Positions 1 to 13,264 of a stretch of DNA of 64,000 nt are shown here, one piece after another. The notes under the pieces are model-generated. The model saw only the letters and a program-made list of their open reading frames with translations. It was not told where the DNA came from and ran no database searches. Where the stretch lies: NCBI GenBank assembly GCA_964016885.1, contig OZ024740.1:231880001-231944000 (forward strand), given 5' to 3'. The stretch's first letter is position 1; each line of letters opens with the position of its first letter. The translations under genes were made by a program, and so were the position numbers. This stretch comes from Eledone cirrhosa (taxonomy: Eukaryota).

Positions 1-327
1 GATATCTGGTGTGTGCCGTAATACTGTGTCGCTTGAAGCCAGCTCCCGCACCAGAGCAGATACGTTTCCTTATGATCAAGTTAAGCAGGCGGGTGGTAAA
101 TGCTTTTTCTAGCAAATTCGGGACTCGCTAAGTGTCAAGCCTTCACGTCTCTTCTATGAACTCTGTATCGCGTGTTAATTTCTTCCTTCGCAGTCCACTA
201 ACTGAGGGATCTCTTGATAAGTCTTATAACCTCACAACGATGGTGCACTTCTATAACGCATGAATGCTGCTATAACTGATGAAAAGATTGATATATTTCT
301 CTCTATTATTTCCTCGCATATTTTATT

Positions 328-363
<36 letters not shown>

Positions 364-368
<5 letters not shown>

Positions 369-752
369 TAAACGGAATAGAAAATGCTGACAAATTGTTC
401 ACAGTTGAAAAATGGTTTAATTAGGAATAAAAAAGTATTAGTGATTGTATGGGTTAGTATTCAGTTGTGGTTTTTAGTTTTTAAGTTTTTACCGGTTGCG
501 CATTTCTAAATGCTTTTCAGATCAGAGCAAACAGCACGGACACTCTATCTCAAAATTATTTTTGAAAAGCATTTAGAAATGCGCAACCGGTAAAAACTTA
601 AAAACTTAAAACCACAACTGAATACTAACCCATACAATCACTAATACTCTTTTATTCCTAATTAAACCATTTTTCAACTGTGAACAATTTGTCAGCATTT
701 TCTATTCCGTTTACCAATATATAATAACTTGTGTGTTACACCTCTATTCTTT

Positions 753-756
<4 letters not shown>
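364..756. mobile_element. Fold-back HHR-bearing insertion in a (TA)n tract (arms ~364-519 and ~563-718, tail 719-756)
   Basis: Left arm ATTGGTAAACGGAATAG...TGCTTTTCA is the near-perfect reverse complement of right arm TGAAAAGCA...CTATTCCGTTTACCAAT; (TA)n on both sides. Confidence 0.85.
559..595 (+). ncRNA. Type I hammerhead-like motif, U3-A8 core variant with GCAA in place of GAAA
   Basis: TTT-TTGAAAA-GCATTT(AG)AAATGC-GCAA-CCGG-TA-AAA: stem I, core, stem II, palindromic ACCGGT stem III, UA site. Confidence 0.6.
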
Positions 757-797
<41 letters not shown>

Positions 798-1040
798 TAA
801 CGCACATACACAATTTCTCTCTCTGGCTGTGTATGTATGAATGGACGTATGCATATGTATACGTGCATACCAACCAAAATACATACATACATGCACACAC
901 ATACACACATACATACATAAACATAATTTTACAGATAAACAATCTTCCAAATAGATTCTCTGACATTAACTCGACTCAAATAGCGAAATGTATGAAATAG
1001 GCCATGCACAAATTCTCCTCGCCCCTCCTCCTACTCCTCA

Positions 1041-1041
<1 letters not shown>

Positions 1042-1130
<89 letters not shown>
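1042..1130. repeat. (TAC)n microsatellite
   Basis: Pure TAC run. Confidence 0.95.
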
Positions 1131-1132
<2 letters not shown>

Positions 1133-1586
1133 TGCTTAATTAACAAATGAAATGAAAATGACATACAAGCACAGATGCCCAAATGAAGATACACATGCAA
1201 AGCCAAGCACACATTCTCTCACACACACATGCATATATAGTCATATTAATGCACACGTATAAGCGCTTGCACACACACACATACAAACACACATTCACAT
1301 CCACAGTATCTTGCACGCAGATATACACACATACATAATATACATACAAAGATCCAATTATATCGTATATTGTGTGTGTCAGGTTAATTCTCTCGTCCGG
1401 GGGATTAAGTATTTGTGGAATACTCAGGGCCTTACACGGTAATTTAACGAGCATATCGCTCCATTGATTGAACAACTGAAACACTCGTCGTCGAAACCGA
1501 CGTAGATCCCTTAAAATAAAGAAAAGACGGTGTCTTCGCTGGAACGTCTTTCACCATAGGTCTGTTAGATCTTGTAAACAAGAATA

Positions 1587-4500
1587 ACACCACCACCATC
1601 ACCACTACAGTCACACCATCACCACCAACACTACCATTACCACCATCATCATCACGACCACCATCACCACTATCATCATCACCATCACCACCATCACCAC
1701 CAACACCACCATCACCATCACTACCATCACCACCAACACCACCGCCACCATCACCACCATCACCACCACCACCATCATCACCACTACCATCACACCATCA
1801 CCGCTATCATTCATCACCATCAACACCATCACCATCACCACCACCATCGCCACCACCACCACTACCACTATCATCATCATCATTAAAACTACCACCACCA
1901 CCAACAACAACAACACCACCATCATCAGCATCATCAATATCATCGCCACCACCGTCACCACCATCACAACCACCACTATCATCATCATCATCATCAACAT
2001 TACCACTACCACCAACACCACCACCACCACCACCAACACAACCACCATCAACACCAACACCACCACTATCATCATCATCACTACCACTATCAACTACACT
2101 AACCCCCCCCCCCCCCCACCACCATCATCACTACCACCAACAACAACAGCAACTAATCAGAAACATCCAGGCACACCAATACCAAAACATGGAGAAGAAA
2201 TGGTGCCCAAACAAACACACGTGTCTGTGATGAGGTTATCTAAGATGGTTTTCCGTCTAAACACATTGAAATATAACAGTTTCATGTCAGAAATTCTGTT
2301 TAGGTCTGATAATTGTTATTTTGTTTGAACATTTGACACTGTTTACAGTGCAACAGCAGCAGCAGTAGTAGCAGCAGCAGCAGCAACATCATCATCACCA
2401 CCACCACCACCACCACCACTATAATGACTACAACCACCTTAACAACTACCACCTTAACAACTACCACCATGCCCACCACCACCACCATCACCACCACCAC
2501 CACCACTACAATGACTGCAACCACCTTAACAACTACCACCATCACCACCACCACCGCCACCACTACCACAACCACCACCACCACCACCACCACCACCACC
2601 ATTACAATGACTACAACCACCTTAACAACTACCACTATCACCACCACCACCACCACCACCACCACCGCCGCCACTACAATGATTAGAACCACCTTAACAA
2701 CTACCACCTTAACACCTACCACCACCACCACCAGCACCACCATCACCACCACCGCCACCACTACAATGACTGCAACCACATTAACAACTACCACCATCAC
2801 AACCATCACAACCACCACAACCACCACCACTACAATGACTACAACCACCTTAACAACTACCACCATCACCACCACCACCACCACCGCCACTACAATGATT
2901 AGAACCACCTTAACAACTACCACCTTAAAAACTACCACCACCACCACCAGCACCACCGCCAGCACCACCATCACCACCACCACTACAATGACTACAAACA
3001 CCTTAACAACTACCACCATCACAACCAACACCACTACCACCACCACCACCACTACAGTGACTACAACCACCTTAACAACTACCACCATCACAACCACCAC
3101 CACAACCACCACCACCACCGCCACCACTCCAATGACTGCAACCACATTAACAACTACCACCATCACAACCACCACAACCACCACCACTACAATGACTACA
3201 ACCACCTTAACAACTACCACCATCACAACCACCACCACCATCACCACCACCACCACTACAATGACTACAACCACCTTAACAGCTACCACCATCACAACCA
3301 CCACCACCACCACCACCACCATCACCACCATCACCGCCACTACAATGACTGCAACCACCTTAACAACTACCACCATCACAACCACCACCACCACCACCAC
3401 CACCACCGCCGCCACTACAATAACTGCAACTACCTTAACAACTACCACCACCACCACCACCACCACCACCGCCACCACTACAATGACTACAACCACCTTA
3501 ACAACTACCACCACCACCACCACCACCGCCACCACTACAATGACTACAACCACCTTAACAACTACCACTATCACAACCACCATCACAACAACGACTACCA
3601 CCACCTCAACAACTACCACCATCACAACCACTACCACCACTACCACCATCTCAACGTCTATCACCAATATCGCCACCACCACTTTCACCACCACCACCAG
3701 TACAACAACAACTACCATCCTCACAACCACCACCATTTCAACCACAACCACCAATACAACCAGCACCACCACCTCCACAACCACCACCATCACAGCTACC
3801 ACCGCCACCACAACGACTACCATCATCCCAGCCACCACCGCCACCACCATAACGACTGCCACCATCACAACCACCAACATCACAACCACCACCACCACAC
3901 CACCTCCACAACCTCTATCACCAATATCGCCACCACCACAATGACTACGACCATCACAACCACCACATCACGACCACCATCGCCACCACCACCACAATGA
4001 CAACCAGCACCGTCACCACCACCACCACCACCACCACCACCACCACCACAATACTCAATCATTATATATATATCACTAACACCACCGCTATCACTATCAT
4101 CAACACCATCGCCATCATCTCCAGTATCCAAGCGCCATCAATATCACGCTATCCCTATCATCACCACCACCACCACCACCACCACTACCATCACCACCAC
4201 CATCACCAACACCATCACCACTACCATTCACCACCACCACCATCACCACCACCATCACCACCACCATCACCACTACCATCACCACCACTACCATCACCAC
4301 CATCATCACCACCATCATCACCACCATCACCACTACCATCACCACAACCATCACCACCACAATCACCACTACCATCACCATCACCATCACCACCACCATC
4401 ACTACCACCATCACCACTACCATCATCACCACCATCACCACTACCATCACCACTACCATCATCACCACCATCACCACCACCATCACCGCTACCATCACCA

Positions 4501-5143
4501 CTACCATCACCACCACCATCACCACCACCACCATCACCATTCCCATCACCACCACCATCACCATTACCATCACCACCACCATCACCACTACCATCACCAC
4601 CACTACCATCACTACCATCACCACTACCGTCACCACCACTACCATCGCCAACACCATCACCACTACCATCACCACCACTACCATCGCCAACACCATCACC
4701 ACTACCATCACCACTACCACTACCATCACCACCACTACCATCACTACCATCACCACTACCATCACCACTACCATCACCACCACCATCACCACCACCACCA
4801 TCACCACTACCATCACCACCACTACCATCACGACCATCACCACTACCGTCACCACCACCATCACCACTACCATCGCCAACACCATCACCACCACCATCAC
4901 CACTACCATCACCACCACTACCATCACCACCACTACCATCACTACCATCACCACTACCATCACCACCACTACCATCACTACCATCACCACCACCATCACC
5001 ACTACCATCACCACCACCATCACCACCACCACCATCACCACTACCATCACCACCACCACCACCACCATCACCACTACCACCACCACCACCACCACCACCA
5101 CCATCACCACCACCATCACCACCACTACCATCACTACCACCAT
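1587..5143. repeat. Cryptic ACC/ATC/ACT trinucleotide satellite with higher-order minisatellite units (interrupted ~2155-2350)
   Basis: Recurrent unit ACTACAATGACTACAACCACCTTAACAACTACCACCATCAC at ~2420-3600; CCATCACCACTA-type units at 4230-5140. Confidence 0.9.
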
Positions 5144-5440
5144 CCAAATGTCCTCAAAATGTCCTCAACTTTACTTTAAGTTGAAGACATACAAACGAGC
5201 TTTGGTCAGCGCTTTGAGATATTGCGTATATTGACATTTATGCCGATCACCGAGCTTCATACACACACACACGCACACACAAACACATTTGTGTGTGTGT
5301 GTGTGCGTGTGTATATGCGTGCGTATTTATCTGTGTACGGATGTAGAGAGACATGCATATTTATTAACAAGATGTATTACTTTACTATTACATCAATGTT
5401 ACATTGTTTACTCCGATTTACATATAACGTGAAGCATTTA

Positions 5441-5634
5441 AATAACTGTTTCTACTTTAGGCACAAGGCCAGCAAATACCCAGTGCATTATTACTGGTAC
5501 TTTTTTTTTATCGACCCCGTAAAGATGAAAGGCAAAGTCAACCTCGGCGGGATTTGAACTCAGATCGTAAAGGGACGTGACTATGCTGGAAAGCATGGCG
5601 TCCGACCCTCTACCGATACTGCCAATCCACCGCC
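5441..5634 (-). mobile_element. tRNA-derived Deu/Nin-domain SINE
   Basis: Reverse complement has A-box TGGCAGTATCGGT, B-box GAGTTCAAATCC and GCCTTTCATC-TTACGGGGTCGATAAA-AGTACCAG domain. Confidence 0.85.
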
Positions 5635-5744
5635 GTTGCATTTGAATCAACGTCAAGCATTTAAATAACGTTTACGTGCTATAGTACGTAAACGTATTTG
5701 TAATAAGTGTTGCAGCTTCTGAAATGAGACAAGCTAATAGCAAT

Positions 5745-6085
5745 GTTGTTATTTACCATATGGGTAGAATGTCTCAGGAGAGAATCGCTGGACAGATTTT
5801 ACGGGCGAAACCAGCCGGTAGGAGACCCAGGAGTAGAGCCCGATCAGCGTGATTGGATAACATCCATGAGCTTGGTTGGTCACGCTTGGGGGACCCAGCC
5901 GGATCAGTTGGAGACGGTTGCTTCTGAACTGACAGGATCCACTGGAAGGACTATTTGAAGACGCTACCCCGCACTACCTTCTCAGGAATAAGTGCACGAA
6001 GAAGAATAAGTGCACGAAGAAGAAGAAGAAGAAGAAGAAGAAGAAGAAGAAGAAGAAGAAGAAGAAGAAGAAGAAGAAGAAGAAG

Positions 6086-6117
<32 letters not shown>

Positions 6118-6323
6118 GAAGAAGAAGAAGAAGAAAAAGAAGAAGAAGAAGAAGAAGAAGAAGAAGAAGAAGAAGAAGAAGAAGAAGAAGAAGAAGAAGA
6201 AGAAGAAGAAGAAGAAGAAGAAGAAGAAGAAGAAGAAGAAGAAGAAGAAGAAAAAGGAAAAGGAAAAGGAAAAAGAAGAAGAAGAAGAAGAAGAAGAAGA
6301 AGAAGAAGAAGAAGAAGAAGAAG
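5745..6323 (+). mobile_element. RTE-like LINE 3' end with expanded (GAA)n tail
   Basis: Degenerate translation HMGRMSQERIAGQILRAKPAGRRPRSR...LDNIHELGWSRLG resembles the RTE ORF C-terminus; followed by ~320 bp of (GAA)n. Confidence 0.6.
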
Positions 6324-6689
6324 ATTGCAGATTCCGAAAAATTATTCCAGGTAAATGAGAGGATACAAAAAAATTCATTTTGAGTAGGTGGACTTCAGAA
6401 CAAGCCGTGAAGGAGTTTATGTGCGCATTCGAAGGTGATAATCATAGTACTATGGCGTGTTTCATAATTTCATACATTTTAGAGGGTAAAGTGAAACGCA
6501 CCATCATTTTGCGGCGTTCAATTTGTGACAAACTTTCCAAAAAACACTCACTAACACAACACATACCTTTTCTCTGTGTAAATGTATGGCGTGTCGATGC
6601 GTCAACCTCATCAGCCACAGAGATCAGGCAAAGGTCTTGAATACTGCTCCTAGTTTATTTATTTTTTTTTGTTTTATTAATGCAGCTAT

Positions 6690-6808
6690 GAGTTCCGATA
6701 AACTTGTAGCTTGAGAGCATTTTGTCAAGTAATATTACTACAGCAAATAAACTCCTGTAATATAATCTGTTGATGGCAACTTGGTGACGTCAAGATGTTA
6801 GCAACCGT
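6690..6808. repeat. Dispersed repeat, inverted diverged copy at ~27895-28007
   Basis: GTAGCTTGAGAGCATTTTGTCA...AATCTGTTGATGGCAACTT matches the reverse complement of 27895-28007. Confidence 0.7.
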
Positions 6809-7007
6809 AAGATGGTTTCTATCCTAATATCATGTCGTTTGCCACTTTGATGAATGATTCATTTATATATTCTATTGGAAAGTTTGGTTATAAGCTACTA
6901 AACTTTTACAAGAAAAAATATCTCCAATCGGTAAGTTCATTTACAGTAAACAAAATGGAACACATGTGTAAGATTAAATATATGAATGTATATATATATA
7001 TATATAT

Positions 7008-7550
7008 ATGGTGGCTGCCAACTCGTTTTCGAGTACGGCCACTACTTTATATCCATGTAGGAGAACCCCTACCGATGCACTGAACGAGTGTGACTTTTTA
7101 GTCCAGCCAGCGACTTGAAAACTTGAAAACAGAGAGATCTCCAGATATAAAGCAATGCCTGTGCCGTGAAGCTTTTATAGTGAGCAAAGGCACTGCACAA
7201 AGCCAGTTCCACTCTCTTAACCAAGATGATATTTACCAAAAAGAAGAACAAGTCAACATCATTGGATACCATCAGGGTTGCAGGTGTTATATCAGAGTTT
7301 TCCTTCTCCTAGAATTCTGTCTTGTCAAAGGCTAAGGGGTCATCTCTCCCGGTGATTTTGGATGGCCATTGACTCTTAAGAGCTCCTTTGCCCTTTGACA
7401 GGTATTGTTTTTAGTCTTGCAGGATGTCCAAAGTCACCCTCCCCACCAATAAACCTTGGTGGGGTTGCCAGTTTAGTCGCCAACGACCAGACCATGAGAC
7501 AGGTTGTACTGGGATACATGTTACCAGTAGCACCAACTGGTGACCTGACA
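7008..7550 (+). mobile_element. Non-autonomous retroelement family (probably RTE-derived); other copies at 11092-11610 and 42744-43155
   Basis: Starts TGGTGGCTGCCAACTCGTTTTCGAGTACGG and ends GACCTGACATA; three copies, each flanked by simple repeats. Confidence 0.7.
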
Positions 7551-7616
7551 TAATATATATATATATATATATATATGTAGATAAATCTACCAAGAGTTTA
7601 CGGTAGTGTCCAATCC

Positions 7617-7668
<52 letters not shown>

Positions 7669-8192
7669 GTGTGTATGTATATATATATATATATATATAT
7701 GTAAATATTTACACATACACCAATTAAACAAAGTCACAGGTATATATGTGTTTTGGCAACTTTTCACGATGTGGGAGAAGAAGAGAGAGAAGGGGGGGGG
7801 AGAGGAGGATAGCAGCAAGGGAAGAGAAAAAAGACAGGTCACAGCAGAGGGGGAAGCATATATGAATCAAAATGGCGAGCTGTGTTGTTGAAATTAAGTA
7901 TAATGAAAAATTAGAAATTAGAAGTTAGGTCTTTTTTCTCTTCCCTTGCATCTATCACCTCTCTCTCCCCCTTCTCTCTCTCTCCTTCTCCCTCTTACTT
8001 TCTCTCACCCCCTCTGCTAGGTATTTTTCCCTTTCAGATAGACACGCTCCATCATCAACTTTTCAAAAAAAGTATATTATACACAAAACGCCAGCATCAA
8101 TAGTTTTCTAAGAGACGTTAACATGAATGGACTTGTTATTTCTCCATGCCCATCTCCTCAATCCTTTTATTTCTGCTTTAATTACTCATTCT

Positions 8193-8230
8193 ATCGTCTG
8201 ACGAAGGAGTAGCGTCCGAAACGTTAAGAC
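8193..8230 (+). ncRNA. Minimal type I hammerhead-like motif (PLE-type)
   Basis: CTGACGA-AGGA(GTAGCG)TCC-GAAA-CGTT; stem I weak. Confidence 0.6.
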
Positions 8231-8316
8231 TCTCTTCATGCTATTTCAAGCGTGAATCTAATATATTCCTTCCATGTACTGCACCATTTGTTTTATTTTT
8301 GTTATTTTTGTTTACC

Positions 8317-8393
<77 letters not shown>

Positions 8394-8659
8394 TACACGC
8401 AGGCACACAGACACAGACACACACAGACACACACACAGATACACACAGACACAGTCTGTGTGTGTGTCTGTGTGTGTCTGTGTCTGTGTGCCTGCGTGTA
8501 TGTGCGTGTGCGTGTGTGTGTGTGTCTGTGTGTGTGTATATATATATATACACACACCCACTAGACGTGAAAGAAAAGAAACAGGATCGGGGTCGCAAAA
8601 ACCACTTCAAATCCAAACTACAAACAATAAGTTTTCCCTTTCGAAATAATCCCACACAA

Positions 8660-9262
8660 GTCTAACACACTATCCCATCGTCATTTTCCGCCGCTCCACC
8701 ATGCACTCCTGGAAGAATTCTCCCATGATTCTCTGCAGATCTGTTGTCATGGCTTCCACGTCCGGAAAACGGGTCCCCTTGATTACCCTCTTGAGCTTGT
8801 GGAAAAGGTGTGATTTCAAGTCGCATGAAGGTGCTCTTACACACCTACATGCGCTCAACCTTGGTGTTAGTTCTTCTCATTGAAGGTCTTCCGTTCGTTG
8901 AATCGTTTTCCACGTCCTCGAGTCCTTCTTTGAACCTTTTGTGCCACTCAAAATCTAATGAGTGCGACATCATCAACACTGTGCACTTGTTGCGGTATTC
9001 CGAGGATTGCTGACGGACATTTCCCCAGCCGGACTAGAAATTTCAGGCTTGTTCGTTGCTTTGTATCGATCGCTGACGGCCTGAAATTGAGGAATTGTTA
9101 ACAAAAGCACGCCATAAGAAATCCAATGACTGCAGGGAGCTGAGATCGCAGTTACATACTCCTCGGATATGAAGTCATACGGTGATGCAATCGACTAATT
9201 CCTACCCCTCTCATAGCTCAAACGGCACACCAAGTACTATTACTTTTCTGACACACCTCGTA
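8660..9262 (-). mobile_element. Internally deleted mariner remnant
   Basis: Minus-strand peptides HLFHKLKRVIKGTRFPDVE and RFKEGLEDVENDSTNGRPS; TACGAGG-type terminus at ~9256-9262. Confidence 0.7.
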
Positions 9263-9348
9263 TATATATATATGTTAACCTAATATATACCTTCCATATA
9301 TGTACCGATTGTCTTGTTATTTACCTTTTGCATACATATATATATATA

Positions 9349-9703
9349 TTAGAAAGTGAGGTTTTTTTTACAAAATGAAAAATAACCGAGGTGTCCTACA
9401 CGAGTGAAAGTATAAGGAAAACATGAAATCGATAATGCAACTGCAGTCTTTTTTAGAAAAATATATATTTATTTGGTTCCTTTATCGGTTTCGCAGTTCT
9501 TCTGATTTTCAATAATAGAGTTGAGATGGAGGGTCTGTGATCTGAGAAAAAAAATGTTCTCACATGTGAGAAAAATCACAGACCCTCCATCTCAACTCTA
9601 CTTTTGAAAAGCAGAAGAACTGCGAAACCGATACCAAATAAATATATATATATTTTTTCGAAAAAAGACTCCAGTTGCATTTTCTATTTAATCGTTCTTC
9701 CTT
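9349..9703. mobile_element. Fold-back of the CAGAT/U3-A8 HHR family in (TA)n
   Basis: Antisense arm 9349-9540 with tail and sense arm ~9562-9703; HHR CTT-TTGAAAA-GCAG(AAGAA)CTGC-GAAA-CCGA-TA at 9601-9633. Confidence 0.85.
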
Positions 9704-9720
9704 ATATATATATATATATA

Positions 9721-10259
9721 TATTGTTATACTTGGGGAGGGTCATATTTGCGTAATATTGCCAGAATTAATAGCAGAACACACTCACTGTTTGGTTGGTT
9801 TTCGCTTCTCGCTGTCTTTGCATGCGCATGCGCAAAGAAGACAAAATAAAATAAACAAACAAGCAAATAAATAAATAAATATATAGACAGACTGAATAAA
9901 AAATGGCGTAGACATACAACACAACAGGAGGAAAAAAAATATATATATAACACCACTGACGATATTGCAGATGTGCAACGAAAGATTTATGTAAATTATG
10001 TAAACTATATATATGTGTTTGTGTCTATATTGTATCTGTATTATTTTTGACCGTCGGTCAGTCAATGGCAACATTGAGGACCGAGTAAGTTAGATCGCAG
10101 ATATAAAAGACAGCGAGAAGCTAAAACCAACCAAACAGTGAGTGTGTTCTGTTATTAATTCTGGCAATATTACGCAAATATGACCCTCCCCAAGTATAAC
10201 AATATCTGTTTCGACACACGATTTCATATAAAAAACCTCGCTAAACTAATTCATCGCCG

Positions 10260-10260
<1 letters not shown>
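9721..10260. mobile_element. Inverted-repeat insertion in (TA)n (arms 9721-9819 and 10107-10204, tail to 10260) with an HHR-like motif in the spacer
   Basis: Arms are near-perfect reverse complements; CTGACGA-TATTGCA(GATG)TGCAAC-GAAA at 9956-9983. Confidence 0.8.
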
Positions 10261-10314
<54 letters not shown>

Positions 10315-10319
<5 letters not shown>

Positions 10320-10595
10320 GAAAGATGAAATCGAAAATGCAGTAGGTATACGGTGCTGACGATAGCTAATAAGCTTGAAACTAGTTCATCGTTCCTTTGC
10401 CAGTGTTGAACAAAAGGGCAACGATGGTTGCTAAACACTGTACGGCTTAATTCGGGATGTTTGTTTACAAACAAACCGAGCATTATAATAAATGTTCGGT
10501 AAATCCATACGTACATATATATCTGTGCATGCATGTATATATATACATACTACTGTACGTCTGTATACATATATCTATGTACGTATACATACTTA
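10315..10595 (+). mobile_element. PLE-type 3' end fragment with HHR-like motif; same family as 16872-17081
   Basis: CTGACGA-TAGCT(AATA)AGCTT-GAAA-CTAG at ~10348-10375; ACAAACAAACCGAGCATTATAATAAATGTTCGGTAA shared with 16872-17081. Confidence 0.65.
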
Positions 10596-10618
10596 TATAT
10601 ATATATATATATATATAT

Positions 10619-11007
10619 CACAGAAAAAAGAGAATCAGTGTTGCGACGAAAGGAATTCATTGGACATATTACAATTGTTTCTCGGGCGACCAGCTTGAGG
10701 CAGGATCGATGTGGTGATCAAACCTGACTCTCAAATCGTGCGGTCCTCGGATACGTCTCGATTCTACGAAATTTGCTTCGTAGAATCGAGACGTATCTGA
10801 GGACCGCGCCATTTGAGAGTCAGGTTTGATCACCATATCGATCGTGCCTCGAGCTGGTCGTCCGAGAAACAATTGTAATATGTCCAATAAATTCCTTTCG
10901 TCGCAACACTGATTCTTTTTTTTCTGTGATACCATACTCTGCTCTATGAGGGCATCGAGTGCTCATACGGTCTACCGCATACGGACGCTTTAAGCATCCA
11001 ACACCAA

Positions 11008-11010
<3 letters not shown>
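10619..11010. mobile_element. Fold-back insertion in (TA)n (152-bp arms 10619-10770 and 10777-10928, 6-nt loop, tail to ~11010)
   Basis: Direct reverse-complement match across loop ATTTGC, with several mismatches. Confidence 0.9.
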
Positions 11011-11071
<61 letters not shown>

Positions 11072-11091
11072 GTACGTACGTGCGTACATAA

Positions 11092-11610
11092 TGGCTGCAA
11101 ACTCTACTGGGAGTATTGCAATCGCTTGTTAGATTACAGAAAATGGTGCACTTTTAGGCTACGGCCAGCCACACGAACCTATAACAGATCCTGAACAAGC
11201 AATGCCTGTGCTTTGAAGGTTTTTTAAGTGGGTGGGGGAGGCATTGCACTCGACTTATCCCACTCTCTGAACATCGGAAACACTACTCGAAAAGGAGGAA
11301 TGGTCAACATCATCGGATGCTTCCGATGCCACAGGGTTTTTTTTCGGAGTTTCCCTGTCTTAGAAAGGTGTTGTGACAACAACTGGAGGCCTTTCACTCC
11401 CAGGTAAAAAAAAAAGTACTATTTAGATGGTCGTTGACACTACTGAGTTCCTCCACCCTTTGTCCGGTCTTGTATTTCATCCCGCAGTGTGTCCAAATAT
11501 CACCCTCCTCACCAAGCAAGCTTGATGGGGTTGCCGGTTTAGTCGCCGACGACCCGACCATGAAACATGTTGTACTGTGTTACCAGTAGCACTCGAGATC
11601 GACCTGACAT
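11092..11610 (+). mobile_element. Diverged copy of the 7008 family with (ACAT)n tail
   Basis: Shared blocks AAGCAATGCCTGTG, GGGGTTGCC-GTTTAGTCGCC and GACCTGACAT. Confidence 0.65.
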
Positions 11611-11810
11611 ACATACATATATATACATACATACACTACTTACATACATACACATATTTCTCTTTGTTTTTATGTGAATACATTTTCAACGTTTAATCCT
11701 AGTTTAACAATACGAAATATTATTTTATGTATATTCAAACTATTAAAATATATTCTTTTTCGTTAGTGTGTTCCTTAGCCATGAACGTTTTAAAGACACT
11801 ACATTTTAAA

Positions 11811-12150
11811 GGTTTCCACCAACCAAATATCACTAACAAGTCATAAGTCAACCCGAAGCTATAATAGAATACTCTTGCTCAAGGTGCTAGACATCTGACT
11901 GAACATATTTATTGTTTGGTTCAGTCAATAGGTAGCAACCACGATGGAGCAATGCCTTCAGGAGATTTAGTCAATCATATCAACTCCAGTACATTCAAAT
12001 AGTTTCCATCAACCAAATTTCACTGACAAGTCATACGCCAACCCAAGGCTATAATAAAAGACACTTGCTGAAGGTGCCAGATTTAGAACTGAGCCTGAAG
12101 CCACGTGAATGGGAAGCGAAACTCCTCTAAACTACATATCCATGACTGAA
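11811..12150 (-). mobile_element. Two tandem degenerate SINE-like copies
   Basis: GTTTCCA-CAACCAAAT-TCACT-ACAAGTCATA...CTTGCT-AAGGTGC occurs at 11812 and 12002. Confidence 0.5.
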
Positions 12151-12404
12151 TCACAATACATATAATATACTTTAACACCAATTTAAACATATTGTTTATT
12201 AATGAAAGCAGTGCTTATATACTTCGTACGAATATATTATTGGATTTTCAGCGAGTGAAACGTGAAAGATTTACGTGGAGAGAAATGGATTACACTATAG
12301 TTGGTGAGAGGGGAAAAAATATATAAATAAATATCCAAAAACATAAACATACACATACCAACCATAATTAAATATGGAATGATACGCGATGCCACGCACA
12401 CACA

Positions 12405-13050
12405 CACAGCTCCGGCGGTCAGAATGGAGAAGGCGTTTCCCTGGAGGACGGCAAGAGAGACGCGCTTGGAAAAGCCACTCCAACTCGCGGGCCTCACACC
12501 TGCGGTTGGCCAGCTCAGCGCCTATGGTGGTGAGTAGGGAGGTAGCCCTAGGGTCAAGGACACCAGAAGTCTCCACTGCCAGGGGTACAACCACAAATCT
12601 GTCGGAGAGCGACCGGTATTTGAGGAGTTTAGCCTCCTCAGCCCGACGTGTAGCAGAACCTGGGTTAGTCGCAGACTGCACCAGGTTGCGGCTGCAGAAA
12701 GTGTCGGTACAAGTGGCATCGCAGACGAGGGGTTCGCCACCGCGGAACGAGAAGATGGTCATGCCATCTAGCCTTTTACCGTCCCCTCGGTCCAGCCCCA
12801 CCGAACTCGAGCTGGGAAGGGAAGCCTGCAGCGTCCACGCCATGCTTTATGACCTCGTTGAGGGCAGCATGGAGAGGAAGGCGGCCGGCATTGTGGCGAC
12901 AGGAAAGTGGGTGGAGGCCGAAAGAGTCCACGGTGGATCCGCAAGCGGCATTGGTGTGGCTGGCAGATCCGGTGTCGCTGACTATTGTCCCCGGCATTGC
13001 ATTCACCATCTTGTCCGCGAGACGCAGCTGAGATATACCACCTAGCCAGA
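12405..13050 (-). mobile_element. CRE-clade-like non-LTR retrotransposon 3' fragment (restriction-like endonuclease region), decayed
   Basis: LHPLSCRH...HAALNEVIK, GDGKRLDGMT...DATCTDT...AEEAKLLKY...VPLAVETSGVL, SLAVLQGNAFSIL. Confidence 0.8.
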
Positions 13051-13159
13051 GTTGTAGTATTTTTTCTCTCATTTTCCTCTTCCCTTTCTTTATTTAATTT
13101 TTTCTACCCTCAATTTTTCTTTCTTATTTCTATTTTAATTCCGTTTTGTAATTGAATAG

Positions 13160-13264
13160 CAAAGCTAACCTCGGTGGGATTTGAACTCAGAACATAAAGG
13201 GCCGTAACTCTATACTGCAAAGCATATTGTCCGACACTCTACCAATACTGATAATCCACCGCCC
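13160..13264 (-). mobile_element. Deu/Nin SINE 5' part
   Basis: GGATTTGAACTCAG is the reverse complement of the B-box; family-specific flanks. Confidence 0.7.

Noticed and set aside
276-300. CTGATGAAAAG as a hammerhead core
   Set aside because: No stem II or downstream GAAA
3997-5184. Extensin-like SPPP ORF
   Set aside because: Alternative frame of the CCA/TCA/CTA satellite; several frames on both strands are open
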